A stretch of 52,138 nt of DNA from Girardia tigrina (lineage: Eukaryota): positions 1-52,138 of the forward strand of contig MQRK01251997.1 of NCBI GenBank assembly GCA_001938485.1, in the 5' to 3' direction. Of the stretch, positions 48,739-52,138 are shown in pieces. Position 1 is the first letter of the stretch. Every line of letters begins with the position of its first letter. The position numbers and the translations under genes are program-made. The notes beneath the pieces are model-generated. The model saw only the letters and a list, made by a program, of their open reading frames with translations. It had not been told where the DNA came from and searched no databases.

Positions 48739-51318
48739 GGTTCCCGACAAAATAGCGATGATAGAAATAGCGCTAATATTTATCAATTATTAAAATTTTA
48801 GCTTTGTATATTATTAACATGGCAAGAAAGTTTTTCCGTTACTTTCCACTTCTAAATAAGAAAGAAAATTACCATTCTAATGCTATTTTTTGTTAATTCA
48901 TGTTTATAAATATTTTTTGGCAAAAAAATCAATCGATATATATATATTAATTTGTGTCATGTGATCACTTTTCATATTGGATTTAAAAGGTTGTCGGTAA
49001 AAATGGAGTTTTTAAAATCTAACAGTCGATTCTATGCATACGTTGAGTGGAAAAATGGAACGACTGCAGCTGAAACATATAGAAAGTTGTTCAGTGCCTT
49101 CCCTGATGATTACCCAACGGAACGCACAATAAGAAACTGATTCTCTGATTTTACCTCAGGCAAGCGGCTATCGTGGACGTCCTTCAGCAACAACAACCGA
49201 TGATTTGATTGAAAAAGTTAAGAACATAATTTAGCAGGATGAAAGAATGTCTTTAAGACACAAGTGAAATGCTTGATGTCAACAAAGAATCAATAAGGAC
49301 AATCCTCCATGAAAATTTGAACAGGAAAAAGATTTTCAGCATCTGGGTGCCTTATCAACTGACTGATGATCACAAACGACAACGTATTGAATCCTCAAGA
49401 ATTTTTTTGCAACTTGTGCAACAATATGGGAAAGAATACTTGATGAAACGATAGATAACAGTTGATGAAACGTGGATATCATTTTCCCCTACATTATGGA
49501 GATCCGGCTTACGAATATGGGCAAATGGAGATGATCCTCGACCACGTACTGTTCAAAACAAAAAATTTGGACGAAGAACAATGCTTATTTTGGCATTCAC
49601 AGCTGATGGTAAGTTTCACATCGAAGTAACAAAATCTGGTGAGGCTATCAATTCTGAAAGATATACAGAATTCATTCAAAATAGTCTTACGAAGTTTAGT
49701 AAAGACAGACGACGAGTGAATATGCGAGAAATTCTTTGACAGTATGATAATGCTCGACCACATTCATCGAAGTTTACCACTGAGTTTTTTTCAGAAAAAA
49801 ACATGTTCAATTGATTAAACAAGCTCCATATTTGCCTGATTTAAATCAGTGTGACAAATGGCTATTAAAATTTTTAAAAGGATCACTAAGAACAACATCA
49901 TTTGCAAGTGAGGAAGAGATCTTAGAAGCGGTCAGTGATATTATGAGGAATCTCTCACGAGAAAAACTTTCACATGAATTTGATAAACTTTTTTACACAT
50001 GCTGAAAATGTTATTTGTTGTAATGGTGAATATACTGTTGTGTAGAAATATATATTTGTTGTTTTATATTTGTTTTATTTAGAAATTAAATACAGAGGAG
50101 TAACGGAAAAAACTTTTTTGCCATATTAATATTTGTATATTATGTACGGATGGGGAAAGATAACAAGGACGCAAATTCGATCGATTTCAAATGGGGAGAG
50201 CCCAATGGGATCGCCAGGAAGTGGCGATTTCGACGAGCGGGACCGATGGGTCGGTGGTTTGATCTCGGAGGTGATTCGGAAGATCGGGATGGACGGCAGT
50301 TAGGGACGCCAGGACGCTCCGCTGATGGGGTTCGATAGTGGATGCATCTCGACGTTTTTTATCAAAGCAGACAGGGACGTGAGGTTCGAGTTGGACGTGT
50401 ATATTCTGTTCTTGGAGAGGATCTCGAGGGCCATTCGTGATAGTGGCCGAAAGCGTGGACGGAGAGGCGTTGATGGCGCTCGTGCGCAGCCGCTGGGACT
50501 CGGGCAGCGAGTTTGCGTTTTGAAAGCGCCCGGGTTTTGCGACAATTTTGAGAATAAGCATAAGAACATAGCGACAGCGATCGTGTTTGAGGACGAGGTG
50601 GACACGGAAATAATCGAGAGTCGGGTCGTGGACGATCAAGAGGCGGAAAGTGAGCTTGCTCTACTGCAAGGTGGCGGTGGGCGGGTGCATGTCAAGGACA
50701 GCCTGCTTGATTTGCACTTCTCGCGTGACGTGAAAAAGTTTCTGGTGGTCGTGGCGGAGACGATTAAAAAAACCTAGGTGTTGATCGAGCAGGTGTGGGT
50801 GGGGCTTGAGGGACACTAGGGCAGCAAAGGCGAGAGTGAGTGCTCAAACGGGACCAGAGGCGAGCAGCAAGTCACCATATTGCAGGTTTATGGCATGGTT
50901 TTCGGGCAGGTGGGCAGCAACATCAGCGGTTGTACCCTTGTCACTGGTCACTGAAATTTGGGAGCAGGCTGAACTCGGTGACTTGCAATGCGGTCCAAGG
51001 GCAACAATTGAATTGTCTTACTACCCTTGCTGAATCAATGAATGTACCTTGATCAATATATTTTATATTTTTTTATAAATACAGTTATAAAATTTATAAA
51101 CTTTTATTTAAAAAAAATCAAATTAAAATAATTTACTGGATTTATTTTATCAAAAAGTCAAATTGAAAGCGTTTGTTAGAGGTAGATTGTCCTATACTCG
51201 ATATCGGAAGTTATTTTTTACTTTTTAAATGAAAATAAAAAAAAACAATGGTCGGCGCTATTTAGTTATCGCTATTTTGTCGGTGCTAATTTTTCGTTCG
51301 CTATTTTGTCGGGTCACC
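48739..51318. mobile_element. Mutator-like (MULE) non-autonomous element with a nested mariner and GC-rich cargo
   Basis: Termini GGTTCCCGACAAAATAGCGA / TCGCTATTTTGTCGGGTCACC; perfect 9-bp TSD GCATGATAA (48730-48738, 51319-51327); GCTATTT subterminal repeats. Confidence 0.9.
48814..50129 (+). mobile_element. Full-length defective mariner nested in the MULE
   Basis: TIRs TTAACATGGCAAGAAAGTTTTTCCGTTAC / GTAACGGAAAAAACTTTTTTGCCATATTAA; TA TSD; WVPYQL, TVDETW, YDNARPH and PDLNQCD motifs. Confidence 0.93.
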
Positions 51319-51941
51319 GCATGATAATGTTATTGAATCCTCCGGCCGGCGACAATTTCAATGTCAATGTATTAATGATATCGGTGGCTTTTAGATTTAA
51401 ATACATTGCGCCGACGGCGTCAAACAAAACACAGCTTAAATCACCATATAATTTTGCATGTTTATTTTTAGATGAGTCAACTTTCTAATTACTCCTCTTA
51501 AAAACCAAATTGCCCCAGGTAGGACGTGCACCCCACGTTAGGAAATACTGTTATATAGTCTCTATGTTTCTTATCAAAAAAAATAAAATAAGTTTTTTTC
51601 ATGTTATGTCACTTGAGAACAATCGACTTGGTTTTTGTAATGGTTTTTGTAAATCTCCAATACATCAATACATCTCTAAATTTTCTGTGGGTTATTTTTT
51701 TGTTTTCCCTCGCCGCGTAATCCTTATAATAAATGATTTAATAATATAGGTTTCCAACCCCTAGAAAATAATTTCTTCAACTATTTCAAACTTTTCCGTG
51801 TAAAACAATATGATTTTTCATATTGGTCGGGGACAGCCACTCTACCCATGTTTTTATTGTAATCTAAATATGATAGTCAGCCTGCCAGTTTCGTCTATTG
51901 TACCTCTTCCAGCTGTAGCTCTAAATTATTTTTTCAAAATA

Positions 51942-52138
51942 CAGGGTGCGGCAGCTATTTGAGAACAAAATGACATAAAGTTCAAAAAATGAATATACAA
52001 CAGAAAAATAACATTTATGACAATTTAAAATTTTACATATATTAACACGTACATAAAGGACTACATCATTCAATGAAACCGCCATTAGCGGCAATAACGG
52101 CCTCTACACGTCGTCGAAACCGACTGCAGGCAGTAATT
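51942..52138 (-). mobile_element. 3' end of a Tc1/mariner-superfamily element (maT/DD37D-like)
   Basis: TA-CAGGGTG terminus; C-terminus ACSRFRRRVEAVIAANGGFIE* (stop at 52066-52068). Confidence 0.85.

Overview
AT-rich eukaryotic (most likely animal) genomic DNA with GT-AG introns, three assembly gaps and a very high load of decayed, nested transposable elements. Host genes: (1) a complete 5-exon CDK1-like kinase on the minus strand (35603->22520, about 326 aa), whose PSTAIRE helix reads SSTTLRE; (2) a 2-exon minus-strand gene (10201->6247, about 480 aa) combining a CENP-B/psq-type HTH, Asn/Gln-rich repeats and a degenerate HMG-box-like tail; (3) the first three coding exons of BBS5 (47502-47820, +); (4) an intronless, disabled TM9SF4-like copy. 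Mobile DNA includes at least seven mariner copies (three full length), two ITmD37E-type fragments, a pogo/Tigger with an intron, a maT-like end, a 9-bp-TSD Mutator-like element with GC-rich cargo, several MITEs, Ty3/Gypsy gag and integrase pieces, a BEL/Pao gag, RLE-clade non-LTR fragments, eight copies of one TG...CA LTR family, and Penelope-type hammerhead ribozyme repeats. A 2.1-kb composite block is duplicated in inverted orientation (24013-26119 / 42472-44574). The most novel-looking signal is at 112-714. There, immediately after a Gypsy integrase C-terminus in the slot normally occupied by env, an ORF encodes a signal-peptide-like segment followed by two fibronectin type III-like domains. 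All protein calls are from motif recognition by eye; no searches were run.
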